DNA of 52,611 nt, from NCBI GenBank assembly GCA_020437905.1, contig JAGQVN010000156.1:1-52611 (forward strand), in the 5' to 3' direction. The notes below the pieces were generated by a model that saw only the letters and a list, made by a program, of their open reading frames with translations, did no database searches and was not told where the DNA came from. Numbering within the stretch: position 1 is the first letter of the stretch; every line of letters begins with the position of its first letter. Shown piece by piece: positions 1 through 8,758 of the stretch. The DNA is from Flavobacteriales bacterium. GTDB lineage: Bacteria; Bacteroidota; Bacteroidia; Flavobacteriales_F; PHOS-HE28. Made by a program: the position numbers and the translations under genes.

Positions 1-146
1 ACGATCAAACCGCGTTGCCAAAGTCGGTGGGCGAGCAGCGTTCGATAGACCGACTCCAGTAAGCCAGGGCCGAGATCGCGATGAAGCTTGAACGCTTCAT
101 CCACGATCACCGGGGTCACTTCATCGTCCATGAATTCGCGCACCAT
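1..146 (-). CDS. GxxExxY-family protein, 5' part only (continues past the left window edge)
   Basis: Absent from the ORF track because no stop lies inside the window. A reverse-strand ATG at 146-144 opens MVREFMDDEVTPVIVDEAFKLHRDLGPGLLESVYRTLLAHRLWQRGLI... with no stop down to position 1. GLLESVY is the family-naming GxxExxY motif, about 30 aa from the N-terminus as usual. Confidence 0.55.
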   Translation of the reverse strand, partial: MVREFMDDEVTPVIVDEAFKLHRDLGPGLLESVYRTLLAHRLWQRGLI

Positions 147-195
147 CTGATCACTGCAGCTTCTGTTCTCTGTGCCTCCGTGCCTCTGTGTGTGA

Positions 196-1056
196 TCAGG
201 GGAACACACTTGCCGCCTGCGCCACAGCGCGCTCCAGCATATTCAGGTCCAAACCCGTACGGATCCCTTGTTCTTCCAACCGACGAACGAACAGCTCGGT
301 CTGCAGGTTGCCCACCAACTCGTCCTCCGCCATGGGGCAGCCCCCGTAGCCTTTGATGGCGCCATCGAATCGACGGCAGCCAGCGTCCCACGCTGCCTGG
401 GTCTTGGTTTTCCAGTTGGTCGGACTGCAATGCAGGTGTGCCCCGAATTCCACGGCCGGTAGCGCCGGGATCAGCGCGTGGAACATGGACGAGATGTCCT
501 CGGGACGCGCCACACCGACCGTATCGCTCAGCGCGATGGTGCGTACACCAAGCTCCTTCACCAGCCGTTCGGTCCAGTGCAGGGCAACCTCGGCGTTCCA
601 GGGATCGCCGTAGGGATTGCCGAAGGCCATGCTGATGTACACCACCAGTTCCTTGTCAGCGCTGGACGCCAGTTCGGCGATGGCGGCCGTGCGCGCCCAG
701 GAGCCCTCGATGCCGGTGTTCGTGTTGCGCTGCTGGAAGGTCTCGCTGATGCTGAAAGGGTAGCCCAGGTAGTCCACCTCCTGCTGCACCGCATCCGCTG
801 CACCCCGCTCATTGGCAACGATCACAAGCAGCTTGCTCTTCGAAGGACCGCGGTCGATGCGCGCCAACACCTCGGCCGTATCCGCCATTTGAGGAATGGC
901 CTTGGGACTTACGAAGCTGCCGATGTCAATGGTGTCGAAGCCGACCTTCAGCAGCGTGTTCAGGTACTCCACCTTCACATCGGTGGGAATGAAGGTGGAG
1001 ATGCCTTGCATGGCATCCCTTGGACATTCGATCAGCTTCACTTCCGTCGCTTCCAT
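196..1056 (-). CDS. hydroxymethylglutaryl-CoA lyase (HMGL-like TIM-barrel aldolase)
   Basis: 286-aa ORF with an ATG start (CAT at 1054-1056). Contains IECPRDAMQG near the N-terminus, the GAHLHCSP metal-binding block and GGCPMAEDELVGN, typical of the HMG-CoA lyase family. Confidence 0.85.
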   Translation of the reverse strand: MEATEVKLIECPRDAMQGISTFIPTDVKVEYLNTLLKVGFDTIDIGSFVSPKAIPQMADTAEVLARIDRGPSKSKLLVIVANERGAADAVQQEVDYLGYPFSISETFQQRNTNTGIEGSWARTAAIAELASSADKELVVYISMAFGNPYGDPWNAEVALHWTERLVKELGVRTIALSDTVGVARPEDISSMFHALIPALPAVEFGAHLHCSPTNWKTKTQAAWDAGCRRFDGAIKGYGGCPMAEDELVGNLQTELFVRRLEEQGIRTGLDLNMLERAVAQAASVFP

Positions 1057-2096
1057 TCTGCAAAAGCTTGGTTGATCCGGGAGATGAGACCAGGACCTTC
1101 GTAGATCAGCCCCGTGTAAACCTGGACAAGGTCTGCGCCTGCCTCCAGCTTCTCCAGTGCGGCTTCAGCGGAATCGATGCCGCCCACCCCGACGATGACC
1201 AATGGGCGTGGTAATCGTGCGCGCAAGTAGTGGACCACTTCCGTGCTTCTCCTCCTTACCGGTGCGCCGCTCAGCCCGCCCGCTCCCATGGCCTCCACTT
1301 CGGACTTGGATGTGGTCAGCACTTCACGCGAGATGGTCGTGTTCGTGGCGATGACCCCGGCGATACCGCTCTCCTTCACCACGGTGCACACATCGTCGAG
1401 TTGGGCGTCGGTGAGGTCGGGCGAGATCTTGAGCAGTATCGGCCGGGGCTTCATCATCCGATCATCGGACCTGCTGATCATCCGATCGGACCTCTCCTTC
1501 AGTTTACCCAAGATCCCCAGCAAGGCCCCCTTCTCCTGCAACTCCCGCAAACCCGGTGTGTTCGGACTGCTCACGTTCACCACGAAGTAGTCCACCACGG
1601 GGTATAGCGCCTCAAAGCAGGTGAGGTAGTCATCGACCGCCTGTTCATTGGGTGTGACCTTGTTCTTGCCGATGTTGCCACCCACGATGATGCCTGGCTT
1701 GCGCTTGCGCAGCCGCTCGACGGCCCGCACGACTCCTCCGTTGTTGAAGCCCATGCGGTTGATGAGCGCGCGGTCCTTGGGCAGGCGGAAAAGCCGCGGT
1801 CGCTCGTTCCCTGGCTGTGGCTTCGGTGTGAGCGTACCTACCTCAACGAAGCCAAAGCCCAATGCGGATATGGCGTCCACATGTTTCGCGTCCTTGTCCA
1901 TGCCCGCAGCCAGGCCCACCGGCGAAGGGAACCGCAGGCCCATGACCTCCAGCGCTGCAGCCTGTGGCGCCTTCCGTGCCCCTGCCGACCACAGCATTCC
2001 GGGAACGCGGCACGCGAACTCCAGCAACAAAAAGGTGAGGTGGTGCGCCCGTTCCGGAGACAGCTGGAAGAGAATTGGGCGCAACAGGGCGTACAT
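1038..2096 (-). CDS. pyrD: dihydroorotate dehydrogenase (quinone), class 2
   Basis: MYALLRPILFQLSPERAHH... N-terminus, GFNNGG, NIGKNK and NVSSPNTPGLR blocks. The track ORF starts at a TTG at 2105. I prefer the ATG at 2096 because a TACCTTTG -7 box (2103-2110) overlaps the TTG. The 3' end overlaps the HMG-CoA lyase start by 19 nt. Confidence 0.88.
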   Translation of the reverse strand: MYALLRPILFQLSPERAHHLTFLLLEFACRVPGMLWSAGARKAPQAAALEVMGLRFPSPVGLAAGMDKDAKHVDAISALGFGFVEVGTLTPKPQPGNERPRLFRLPKDRALINRMGFNNGGVVRAVERLRKRKPGIIVGGNIGKNKVTPNEQAVDDYLTCFEALYPVVDYFVVNVSSPNTPGLRELQEKGALLGILGKLKERSDRMISRSDDRMMKPRPILLKISPDLTDAQLDDVCTVVKESGIAGVIATNTTISREVLTTSKSEVEAMGAGGLSGAPVRRRSTEVVHYLRARLPRPLVIVGVGGIDSAEAALEKLEAGADLVQVYTGLIYEGPGLISRINQAFAEWKRRK

Positions 2097-2102
2097 CGAA
2101 GC

Positions 2103-2110
2103 CAAAGGTA
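2103..2110 (-). promoter_or_regulatory. Bacteroidota-type -7 promoter box (TACCTTTG) upstream of pyrD
   Basis: Plus-strand CAAAGGTA equals minus-strand TACCTTTG and matches TAnnTTTG. It sits between the TonB receptor stop (2116) and the pyrD ATG (2096). Confidence 0.35.
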
Positions 2111-2115
2111 GGCGC

Positions 2116-4371
2116 TCAGTCCAGCGTCCACCGCAGCCCCACGAAGCCCCGGATTCCCTGTTGCGGGGCGTATGCGTAGTTCGCGTCGAAGCTCACACCG
2201 TCCGGGTTGTCCAGCGGGTCATCGACCTGCTTGTTGAAAGGGTCGTGCGGACGAAGTAGGACATCCTTGGGCACGAAGTCAAGCAGGTTCTTTACCCCGG
2301 TAAAGACCTCAAAGCCCTTTCCAAAGGAACGGGTGACCTGGGCGTTCAGCAAGGCATACCAGGGCGAGTATTCCGGGCGCGGGTCGTTCTCCAACACAGG
2401 CAGGCGCATGGGTCCGTACCATTGACCGGAAAGGTCCACCGTCCAGGCATTCGGGCGATAGCTGAAAGCGAAGGTGCCCGACCATTCGGGTGCGTGGAGC
2501 TGCTGCAAGCGTTCCTGCGCGTCGCCTTCTTCCATGCGCTCAGTGCGGTATACATCCATCCAGCTTGCGCCGGCCATCAGCTTCCAAGGAGCGCCCAGGA
2601 CCAGCTCGGTGTTCAGGCCGACCCCTTGGGAGACGGCATGGCCATCGAGATTGGCATAGATGATCTGGTCATCGTCGGTCTCGAAGTCGCCGATGATCTG
2701 GTTGCTGAAGTGGGTATGCCAGGCGGTCACGTCAACCAGCGCGAACAGGCGTTCGGTGCTCCAGGAACGGGTATAGGTCAGGGAGCCGCCCACGGATCGT
2801 TCAGGTAGAAGGTCCTCGGCGATCACCAGCTCACGGGACCCGGTCAAGGCCGCATGGTCTTCGGTGAATAGGTTCACCACCCGGAAGCCGGTACCCATGT
2901 TGAAGCGCAGTGCTTGTCGCCTGGGCAGCTGCCAGCGCCAGGCCGCACGGGGACTGTGTACCGCTCCGTGTATAGGATGATGGTCCAGCCGATAGCCGGC
3001 CAGCAGCGTGTGCGTCGGGGCGAAGCGCCATTCATCCTGCACGAACAGGCCGGGCAGCGGGGTCACTTCCGGGGCGTTCCTGCCGTCTGCATCGGCGGTC
3101 CCGGGCGTATTGTCATCGTACCAGGTGTGTCGGAAAGCCGCTCCTGCAAGCATGTGGTGCAGGGCACCAAGCTTTCGATCCCAGACCAATTGTCCGAACC
3201 CAATGCGCTGTGTGCCCACGTACCGCGTGGTACCGTACCAGCTGTCCTGATGATGGTGGATGAAGGAGCCTTGAGCAACGATCTTCTCCCGGGTGGGTAG
3301 CTGCCAGGAGCCAAACACCTCGGTGCGCCGTGTATCAATGGTCTCGCCATAGATGCTGTCTCCGCCGGCGAACTCCGGCGTCCAGTTCATCTGACCACCC
3401 CAGCGGCCTTCCATCAGGTGGCGGGCACCCAGCCCTGCTATGCGTCCTTCGGGTCGTTGGCGATCCACTTTGGCGAACACGGACAAGCGCTCTTGCAGGG
3501 TCAGGTCGGTGAATCCATCGCCGTTGTCATCACGTGGGTCGGTGTATTGAAAGCCGCTGGCACCAACGAGCATGCGCGTCTTGCCCAAGCCGACCGTCCC
3601 ACCCAGATCCAGGTTGCGTTCGTTCCAGCTGGTCACGAAGCCCTCCGCACTGAACTTCGGTGCGTTGAAGGGCTTGCGGGTCACCACGTTGATGATACCT
3701 CCCATGGCCTCGCTTCCGTAGAGGGCACCGCCCGGCCCCTTCACCACTTCCACCCGCTCGACCATGCTGGTGGGTATGCCGCTGAGCCCGTAGACCGTGC
3801 CCAGGCTGCTGACCAGAGGCATGCCATCGATGAGCACCAGGGTGTAGGGACCTTCCATGCCGTTGATGTGGATGTCGCCCGTGTTGCATACGCTGCAGTT
3901 CAGCTGGGAGCGCACCCCGTTCACCATGCTGATGGCGCCCAACAGGGCAGGTTCCGGATTCTTGCGGAACAGCTTGGGGGTCACCAGCTCGACGGGGATG
4001 GGGCTATCCAGTCGGGATACCTCCCGCATGGTACCGCTCACCACCACCTCCTCCAGCTCCCTGACGCTTGGCCGCAGAAGCACCTTTCCAAGGTCCAGGA
4101 CCTGACCATTTTGGAGCGTGACGTTCAGTGATCGCGCCTGGAATCCGAGCGCCGAGATCTGGACCGTTCGATCCCCTGCCGGAACACCTTCAAGACGGAA
4201 GCCTCCATCCGGTCCGGAGCCCGCACCAAGGGTTGTTCCGACCACCGCCACATTGACATAAGGGACGTCTCCATCCGGGCCGACGAGCCTGCCGATGACG
4301 GTCCCTTGACCCCTTCCGGCAGGCACAAGAGCGACTGCAGAAATTAAACTGAATATCAATCTATTGAACAT
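2116..4371 (-). CDS. TonB-dependent receptor with N-terminal CarboxypepD_reg-like domain
   Basis: 751 aa with an ATG start. Has a signal peptide, then a carboxypeptidase-regulatory-like beta-sandwich (GTVIGRLVGPDGDVPYVNVAVVG...), a plug region (VVVSGTMREVSRLDSPIPVELV, IDGMP, GPGGALYGSEAMGGIINVVT) and a long beta-barrel. Confidence 0.9.
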   Translation of the reverse strand: MFNRLIFSLISAVALVPAGRGQGTVIGRLVGPDGDVPYVNVAVVGTTLGAGSGPDGGFRLEGVPAGDRTVQISALGFQARSLNVTLQNGQVLDLGKVLLRPSVRELEEVVVSGTMREVSRLDSPIPVELVTPKLFRKNPEPALLGAISMVNGVRSQLNCSVCNTGDIHINGMEGPYTLVLIDGMPLVSSLGTVYGLSGIPTSMVERVEVVKGPGGALYGSEAMGGIINVVTRKPFNAPKFSAEGFVTSWNERNLDLGGTVGLGKTRMLVGASGFQYTDPRDDNGDGFTDLTLQERLSVFAKVDRQRPEGRIAGLGARHLMEGRWGGQMNWTPEFAGGDSIYGETIDTRRTEVFGSWQLPTREKIVAQGSFIHHHQDSWYGTTRYVGTQRIGFGQLVWDRKLGALHHMLAGAAFRHTWYDDNTPGTADADGRNAPEVTPLPGLFVQDEWRFAPTHTLLAGYRLDHHPIHGAVHSPRAAWRWQLPRRQALRFNMGTGFRVVNLFTEDHAALTGSRELVIAEDLLPERSVGGSLTYTRSWSTERLFALVDVTAWHTHFSNQIIGDFETDDDQIIYANLDGHAVSQGVGLNTELVLGAPWKLMAGASWMDVYRTERMEEGDAQERLQQLHAPEWSGTFAFSYRPNAWTVDLSGQWYGPMRLPVLENDPRPEYSPWYALLNAQVTRSFGKGFEVFTGVKNLLDFVPKDVLLRPHDPFNKQVDDPLDNPDGVSFDANYAYAPQQGIRGFVGLRWTLD

Positions 4372-4390
4372 ACTTTATTCAACCAAAACA

Positions 4391-4398
4391 CAAAACTA
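4391..4398 (-). promoter_or_regulatory. -7 promoter box (TAGTTTTG) for the TonB-dependent receptor
   Basis: Plus-strand CAAAACTA equals minus-strand TAGTTTTG (TAnnTTTG), 20 nt upstream of the receptor ATG at 4371. Lies in the only strongly AT-rich spacer of this region. Confidence 0.45.
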
Positions 4399-4407
4399 GA
4401 TAAATTT

Positions 4408-4421
4408 TTAGACAAATCTAA
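4408..4421. promoter_or_regulatory. candidate metalloregulator operator (palindrome TTAGA-CAAA-TCTAA)
   Basis: Perfect 5-bp inverted arms, TTAGA at 4408-4412 and TCTAA at 4417-4421, around a 4-bp spacer. Placed between the two divergent -7 boxes and overlapping the plus-strand one. Confidence 0.35.
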
Positions 4422-4438
4422 TTTTGATCTTATCTTTG
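4419..4438 (+). promoter_or_regulatory. two candidate -7 promoter boxes (TAATTTTG 4419-4426, TATCTTTG 4431-4438) for the DtxR/MntR-ZIP operon
   Basis: Both match TAnnTTTG. They lie 20 nt and 8 nt upstream of the ATG at 4446. Confidence 0.45.
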
Positions 4439-4445
4439 TCGAATC

Positions 4446-5126
4446 ATGAACCTTCTCGCCAGCAGCCATACCCGATCTGAGGAGAACTACCTCAAAGCCA
4501 TCTACGCGGTCTCCCAGAAAGCGAAAAAGGGTGCCAGTACGACAGCCATCGCCGGTCGCTTGCAGACCAAAGCGAGCTCCGTGACGGACATGGTGAAGAA
4601 GCTTTCCGAGAAGGGACTGGTGGACCATCGTCCCTATCACGGGGTGCGATTGACCGACCAAGGGCGGAAGGTGGCCACCCAGATAATCCGTCGCCACCGG
4701 CTGTGGGAGACCTTTCTGGTGAACCACCTGAACTACCGTTGGGACGAGGTCCATGAATTGGCCGAGCAGCTGGAGCACATCCGTTCCCATGACCTGACCG
4801 ATCGTCTGGACACGTTCATGGACCACCCCAAGTTCGACCCGCACGGCGACCCCATCCCCGACCGGAACGGGCACTTTGCTGACAATGGCGGGGCCATGCC
4901 CTTGAGCCAGGTGCCCAAGGACACGCTGGTCCACATTGTGGGGGTCAGGGACTCTTCACCCGCATTCTTGAAACTGCTCGATGGCCTCAGCCTGAAGATC
5001 GGCACCCAGCTGACCATCATGCGACGATTCGAGTTCGACAACTCAGCCGAGGTGAGCACCCGCTTCAACTCGGCCATGTTGCTGAACGAACGTGTCTGCG
5101 AGAACCTCACGGTAAAGGTCCTGTGA
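4446..5126 (+). CDS. DtxR/MntR-family metal-dependent transcriptional repressor with C-terminal FeoA/SH3-like domain
   Basis: SEENYLKAIY..., a winged-helix region, the RRHRLWETFL dimerisation/metal-site helix, EVHELAEQLEH and HPKFDPHGDPIP. These are canonical DtxR/MntR blocks. Confidence 0.9.
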   Translation: MNLLASSHTRSEENYLKAIYAVSQKAKKGASTTAIAGRLQTKASSVTDMVKKLSEKGLVDHRPYHGVRLTDQGRKVATQIIRRHRLWETFLVNHLNYRWDEVHELAEQLEHIRSHDLTDRLDTFMDHPKFDPHGDPIPDRNGHFADNGGAMPLSQVPKDTLVHIVGVRDSSPAFLKLLDGLSLKIGTQLTIMRRFEFDNSAEVSTRFNSAMLLNERVCENLTVKVL

Positions 5127-5129
5127 TCG

Positions 5130-5951
5130 ATGGATAAGCTGCTCGACTTCTTTTCAGGTATCGACCCGGTCTGGGGGGCGCTATTGGCCACCACCTTCAC
5201 GTGGCTGGTGACCGCCGCGGGGGCATCCGTGGTATTCCTCTTTAAGACGCTGAGCCGCAAATGGCTGGATGGCATGTTAGGCTTTACCGGTGGCGTCATG
5301 ATCGCCGCAAGCTATTGGAGCCTGCTGGCGCCCAGCATCGACATGAGCGAGCGCATGGGCATGGTGAAGTGGCTGCCGCCTGCGGTCGGTTTCGCCCTGG
5401 GCGCCCTGTTCATCTTCGTGCTGGACCGCTACGTGCCCCACCTGCATATCAATTTCGACCCCAAACGCAGTGAAGGTCCACAGACCGATTGGCGGCGCAG
5501 CACCCTGCTGATCCTGGCCATCACCCTGCACAACATCCCGGAGGGCCTGGCTGTGGGCGTCCTTTTCGGCGGGGTGGCGGCGGGGATCCCTGAGGCCACG
5601 ATCGGTGCCGCAGTGGCCCTGGCCATCGGCATCGGTCTGCAGAACTTCCCGGAGGGCATTGCCGTGAGCATGCCCCTGCGCCGATCGGGTGTGAGCCGCC
5701 TGCGCAGCTTCTACTTTGGCCAATTGAGCGCGGTGGTGGAACCCATCGCCGGGGTGATCGGGGCAGTGGCCGTGATCTGGATGCAACCGGTGCTCCCCTA
5801 CGCGTTGGCCTTCGCCGCCGGCGCGATGATCTATGTAGTGGTGGAAGAGGTGATCCCTGAGACCCAACAGGATAAGTATACCGATGTGGCCACCCTGGGA
5901 TTCATCGGGGGCTTCATCGTGATGATGGTGCTGGACGTGGCATTGGGCTGA
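5130..5951 (+). CDS. ZIP-family divalent metal transporter (ZupT-like)
   Basis: Multi-TM protein with HNIPEGLAVG and LQNFPEGIAVS signature helices. Starts 3 nt after the repressor stop. Confidence 0.9.
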   Translation: MDKLLDFFSGIDPVWGALLATTFTWLVTAAGASVVFLFKTLSRKWLDGMLGFTGGVMIAASYWSLLAPSIDMSERMGMVKWLPPAVGFALGALFIFVLDRYVPHLHINFDPKRSEGPQTDWRRSTLLILAITLHNIPEGLAVGVLFGGVAAGIPEATIGAAVALAIGIGLQNFPEGIAVSMPLRRSGVSRLRSFYFGQLSAVVEPIAGVIGAVAVIWMQPVLPYALAFAAGAMIYVVVEEVIPETQQDKYTDVATLGFIGGFIVMMVLDVALG

Positions 5952-6030
5952 ACGGGATCCCTTTCAGGGTCGACCTATCTTCCCGCTCCAACAACGCGGC
6001 ACGATCATCGACCTCCTCACACGCGGCTTC

Positions 6031-6984
6031 TTGCACCGTCCTGACATACTCGCCATTCTGCTCGCTATCTCGGTTTCCGGATGTGGCCCTCGGTCGCCCG
6101 ACAACCCCTTGTGCCGATACGTCCACCAGGCCTTCGACAGCATTCGGCACTATTCCATCCATCGCGCCGCCTACCCGTTCGACAGCCTGGAACGCGCCGT
6201 CATTCGAAGCATCCAGGACAGTATCACGCAGGCGGATGTCATATGGCTCCTGGAAGAAGCGGTCCAAGCCATCGACCACCACAGCTACATCCTATCCAAA
6301 ACCGCTTTCGAGGAACTGGCCACCGGCCAGGACCCGGAGGTCCTTGAGAACCCCTTTCCTTTCGGGGGACGGATGTTGGACGATCGGTACGCGTATGTGT
6401 CCCTGGATGGCTTTGTTGGCGTGGACTCCCTTTCGTCCAAGCACTACACGGACAGTTTGCAGCGCGTGCTCATCGAACTGCATGGGATGAGACCTCAGGG
6501 CTGGATCATCGACCTGCGCCACAACGATGGCGGCTGGCCCTTCCCCATGCTCGCGGGGCTTGGTCCGCTCCTGGGCATGGGCGTGAAGGCCTACGAACTG
6601 CATACGGACAGCACGGTGAGCGAGTACTACTTCGCCAAAAGTGATGAGGAACATATCCTGCTGGCGGACAGCGTATTCCAGTTCGATCCTCGCTCTCCTG
6701 TGGCGGTACTGATCGGTGAAGGCACCGGGAGCGCCGGGGAATTGCTGGCTTTGGCCTTCCGCGGAAATGATCGGACAGCGCTGATCGGTTCCCCGACCGC
6801 GGGGTCCAGTACCGGCTTACGGGGTTTTTTCATGCCGGACAGCACCCAGATCTGCGTAACGCACAGCATCATGACCGACCGGAACAGGATCGGTGATGGT
6901 GGACCGATCCAGCCGGACATCGCAGTGTCGGATGCCACGGGGACCTTCGAGCGGGCCTATGCGTGGATCGATCGGCTGCGATAG
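6031..6984 (+). CDS. S41-family (tail-specific-protease-like) peptidase, probable lipoprotein
   Basis: IDLRHNDGG block and GEGTGSAGELLALAFRG (serine nucleophile context). Lipobox-like LLAISVSGC. TTG start with no nearby in-frame ATG. Confidence 0.7.
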   Translation: MHRPDILAILLAISVSGCGPRSPDNPLCRYVHQAFDSIRHYSIHRAAYPFDSLERAVIRSIQDSITQADVIWLLEEAVQAIDHHSYILSKTAFEELATGQDPEVLENPFPFGGRMLDDRYAYVSLDGFVGVDSLSSKHYTDSLQRVLIELHGMRPQGWIIDLRHNDGGWPFPMLAGLGPLLGMGVKAYELHTDSTVSEYYFAKSDEEHILLADSVFQFDPRSPVAVLIGEGTGSAGELLALAFRGNDRTALIGSPTAGSSTGLRGFFMPDSTQICVTHSIMTDRNRIGDGGPIQPDIAVSDATGTFERAYAWIDRLR

Positions 6985-7026
6985 TGAACAACTGGGGCAA
7001 GACCTACATTCGCTTCGGGAAAAGTT

Positions 7027-7070
7027 CTCGATCGATCGCGCTTCAACGCGAAACTCGATGTTCGATCGAG
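7027..7070 (+). other. nested GC-rich stem-loop in the 149-bp spacer after the S41 gene
   Basis: CTCGATCGA (7027-7035) pairs with TCGATCGAG (7062-7070). The inner TCGCG (7036-7040) pairs with CGCGA (7047-7051). No U-tract follows. Confidence 0.3.
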
Positions 7071-7133
7071 CCAGGGAACGAGCATACTTCATGTCCGCCT
7101 GAAGGACTTTTCGCTTAGGACGAGCAGATCCGA

Positions 7134-8288
7134 ATGAAGCGCGCACTTCATCTCCTTGCCAACCTGGGCATCAGCTTGACGGCGTTCGTTCTGGTGTTGG
7201 TGATCTGTGAGCTGGTGCTCCGGGCATTCGGCCATCAGGACATTTACACCGCTTCCTCCTACCCGAAGGAGTTGTTCGACAGCAGCTCCGTTTCGGGGAT
7301 GCGGCCCGGTTTCGTTGGAGCGTTCCGAAGCTCGGAGGTAGAAGGCGAGATCCGGATCAACTCGGTCGGGTTCCGCGATCGCGAGCGCAGCTATAAGCCG
7401 GATAGTTCGACATGCCGCGTCCTGGGCATCGGCGACTCATTTGGTTTCGCACATGGGCTTCCGCCCGATCAAGGATACCTGGCGCTGCTGGAACAGGACC
7501 TGCAGGGGATCATGCCTGGAATGGAGGTCCTCAACGCATGTGTACCAGGCCGTGGCCCGAACTTCTATCTGGACCTGTTGCAGCGCATCGGTCCGGAAGT
7601 ACGACCGGATGTGGTCCTGATGGGCTTCTTCGTGGGCAATGACCTGGATGGCATCGTGGCGCAAAGGGACCCCCACCGGAGCGACCCGGGCATCAATGCG
7701 AACAAGACGTGGTTGCGCCGGAACATCCATTTATACTCCTTCGTCGCGGACCGCATGAAGTCGATACCCTTTGTTCGGCGGATGTTGAAGGGGTACAACA
7801 TTTCCACCGGGCTTATCGGTGCCCAGGCGATCGACGTCCTGAGGACCGAGGAGAGCGCCGACTTCAAGGCCGGTTGGGAGCGCCTGGAAGATGTGTTGCG
7901 CGCCATGAAGGGCCTGGCCCCCGGCTTGGTCGTGGTGGCCATTCCGACCGTTGAACAGGTGGAATCGGACCGCCTGGTACAGGCCCTTGAACGGCTGGAA
8001 TACCAGCCCTCCGAGGTGGACGTACGCCACCCCATGGAGCGCCTCTCCAGGATGTGCAGCCAGCTGGGCATCGCGCAGGTCGATCTCCTGGGGCCGATGA
8101 CCCGGCGTTACGCCAAGGACCACGAGGCCTTGTATTTCGAGATCGACCCGCATTTCAATGCGCGCGGTCACGCCGCAGCAGCGGATGTTCTGGCAGCGGC
8201 GTTCCGCAGCGGCATGGCCTCGAACGGAATACCTATGCCGAACTGTCCGCGGACCCGATCCATTACCTCGCTGCCTCGCGGCTCCTGA
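7134..8288 (+). CDS. SGNH/GDSL-family hydrolase with N-terminal membrane anchor
   Basis: N-terminal TM helix, block I GIGDSFGFAHG, and block V-like DPHFNARGH near the C-terminus. Confidence 0.6.
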   Translation: MKRALHLLANLGISLTAFVLVLVICELVLRAFGHQDIYTASSYPKELFDSSSVSGMRPGFVGAFRSSEVEGEIRINSVGFRDRERSYKPDSSTCRVLGIGDSFGFAHGLPPDQGYLALLEQDLQGIMPGMEVLNACVPGRGPNFYLDLLQRIGPEVRPDVVLMGFFVGNDLDGIVAQRDPHRSDPGINANKTWLRRNIHLYSFVADRMKSIPFVRRMLKGYNISTGLIGAQAIDVLRTEESADFKAGWERLEDVLRAMKGLAPGLVVVAIPTVEQVESDRLVQALERLEYQPSEVDVRHPMERLSRMCSQLGIAQVDLLGPMTRRYAKDHEALYFEIDPHFNARGHAAAADVLAAAFRSGMASNGIPMPNCPRTRSITSLPRGS

Positions 8289-8311
8289 TCGGGCTCAGTA
8301 GCTTCGCCGCA

Positions 8312-8758
8312 ATGGCCGCTTCCCACATCGACATCAAGAACCGGAAGGCACGGTTCGAATACCATGTGCTGGAGACCTTCGAATGCGGCATGGTCCTCAT
8401 GGGTTCGGAGATCAAGAGCATTCGGGCGGGAGGCGCAGGCATCAATGAAGCCTTCTGCTCTTTCGTGGGCAACGAGCTCTTCGTGCGGAACATGCAGGTG
8501 GACCCCTATGGGACCAACATCCACTTCGTCCACGAGCCAAGAAGGGACCGCAAGCTCCTGTTGAAACGCACGGAACTGGACAAGCTGAAACGAAAGTTGC
8601 GCGACCAAGGGGTCACGATCGTGCCCCTGCGTTTGTACATCAGTGACAAGGGTTTTGCGAAGCTCGAGATCGCGCTGGCCAAGGGGAAGAAGACCTTCGA
8701 CAAGCGTGAGAGCCTGAAGGAACGGGACGTCAAGCGGGACCTGGAGCGTGAGCGCTGA
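8312..8758 (+). CDS. smpB: SsrA-binding protein SmpB
   Basis: MAASHIDIKNRKARFEYHVLETFECGMVLMGSEIKSIR... and KLLLKRTELDKL are canonical SmpB. The ATG at 8312 is internal to the longer track ORF 8054-8758, whose upstream part overlaps the SGNH gene. Confidence 0.9.
   Translation: MAASHIDIKNRKARFEYHVLETFECGMVLMGSEIKSIRAGGAGINEAFCSFVGNELFVRNMQVDPYGTNIHFVHEPRRDRKLLLKRTELDKLKRKLRDQGVTIVPLRLYISDKGFAKLEIALAKGKKTFDKRESLKERDVKRDLERER

Noticed and set aside
148-198. Inverted repeat TGATCAC … GTGATCA with an 8-bp tandem GTGCCTC duplication between the arms.
   Set aside because: A 7-bp stem with a ~37-nt loop is too weak for a terminator, and the right arm simply contains the HMG-CoA lyase stop codon. 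It is too short to call a repeat element.
8054-8311. N-terminal extensions of track ORFs upstream of the starts I chose. These are smpB 8054-8311, adaptor 36510-36770, sulfotransferase-like 24277-24408, small gene 43582-43803, hydroxylase 14993-15145, NifS 16936-16995 and EEP 47544-47630.
   Set aside because: The extensions overlap the preceding gene or the tRNA and encode Arg/Pro-rich sequence. In several cases a TAnnTTTG box lies inside the extension. The family-typical N-terminus begins at the internal ATG.
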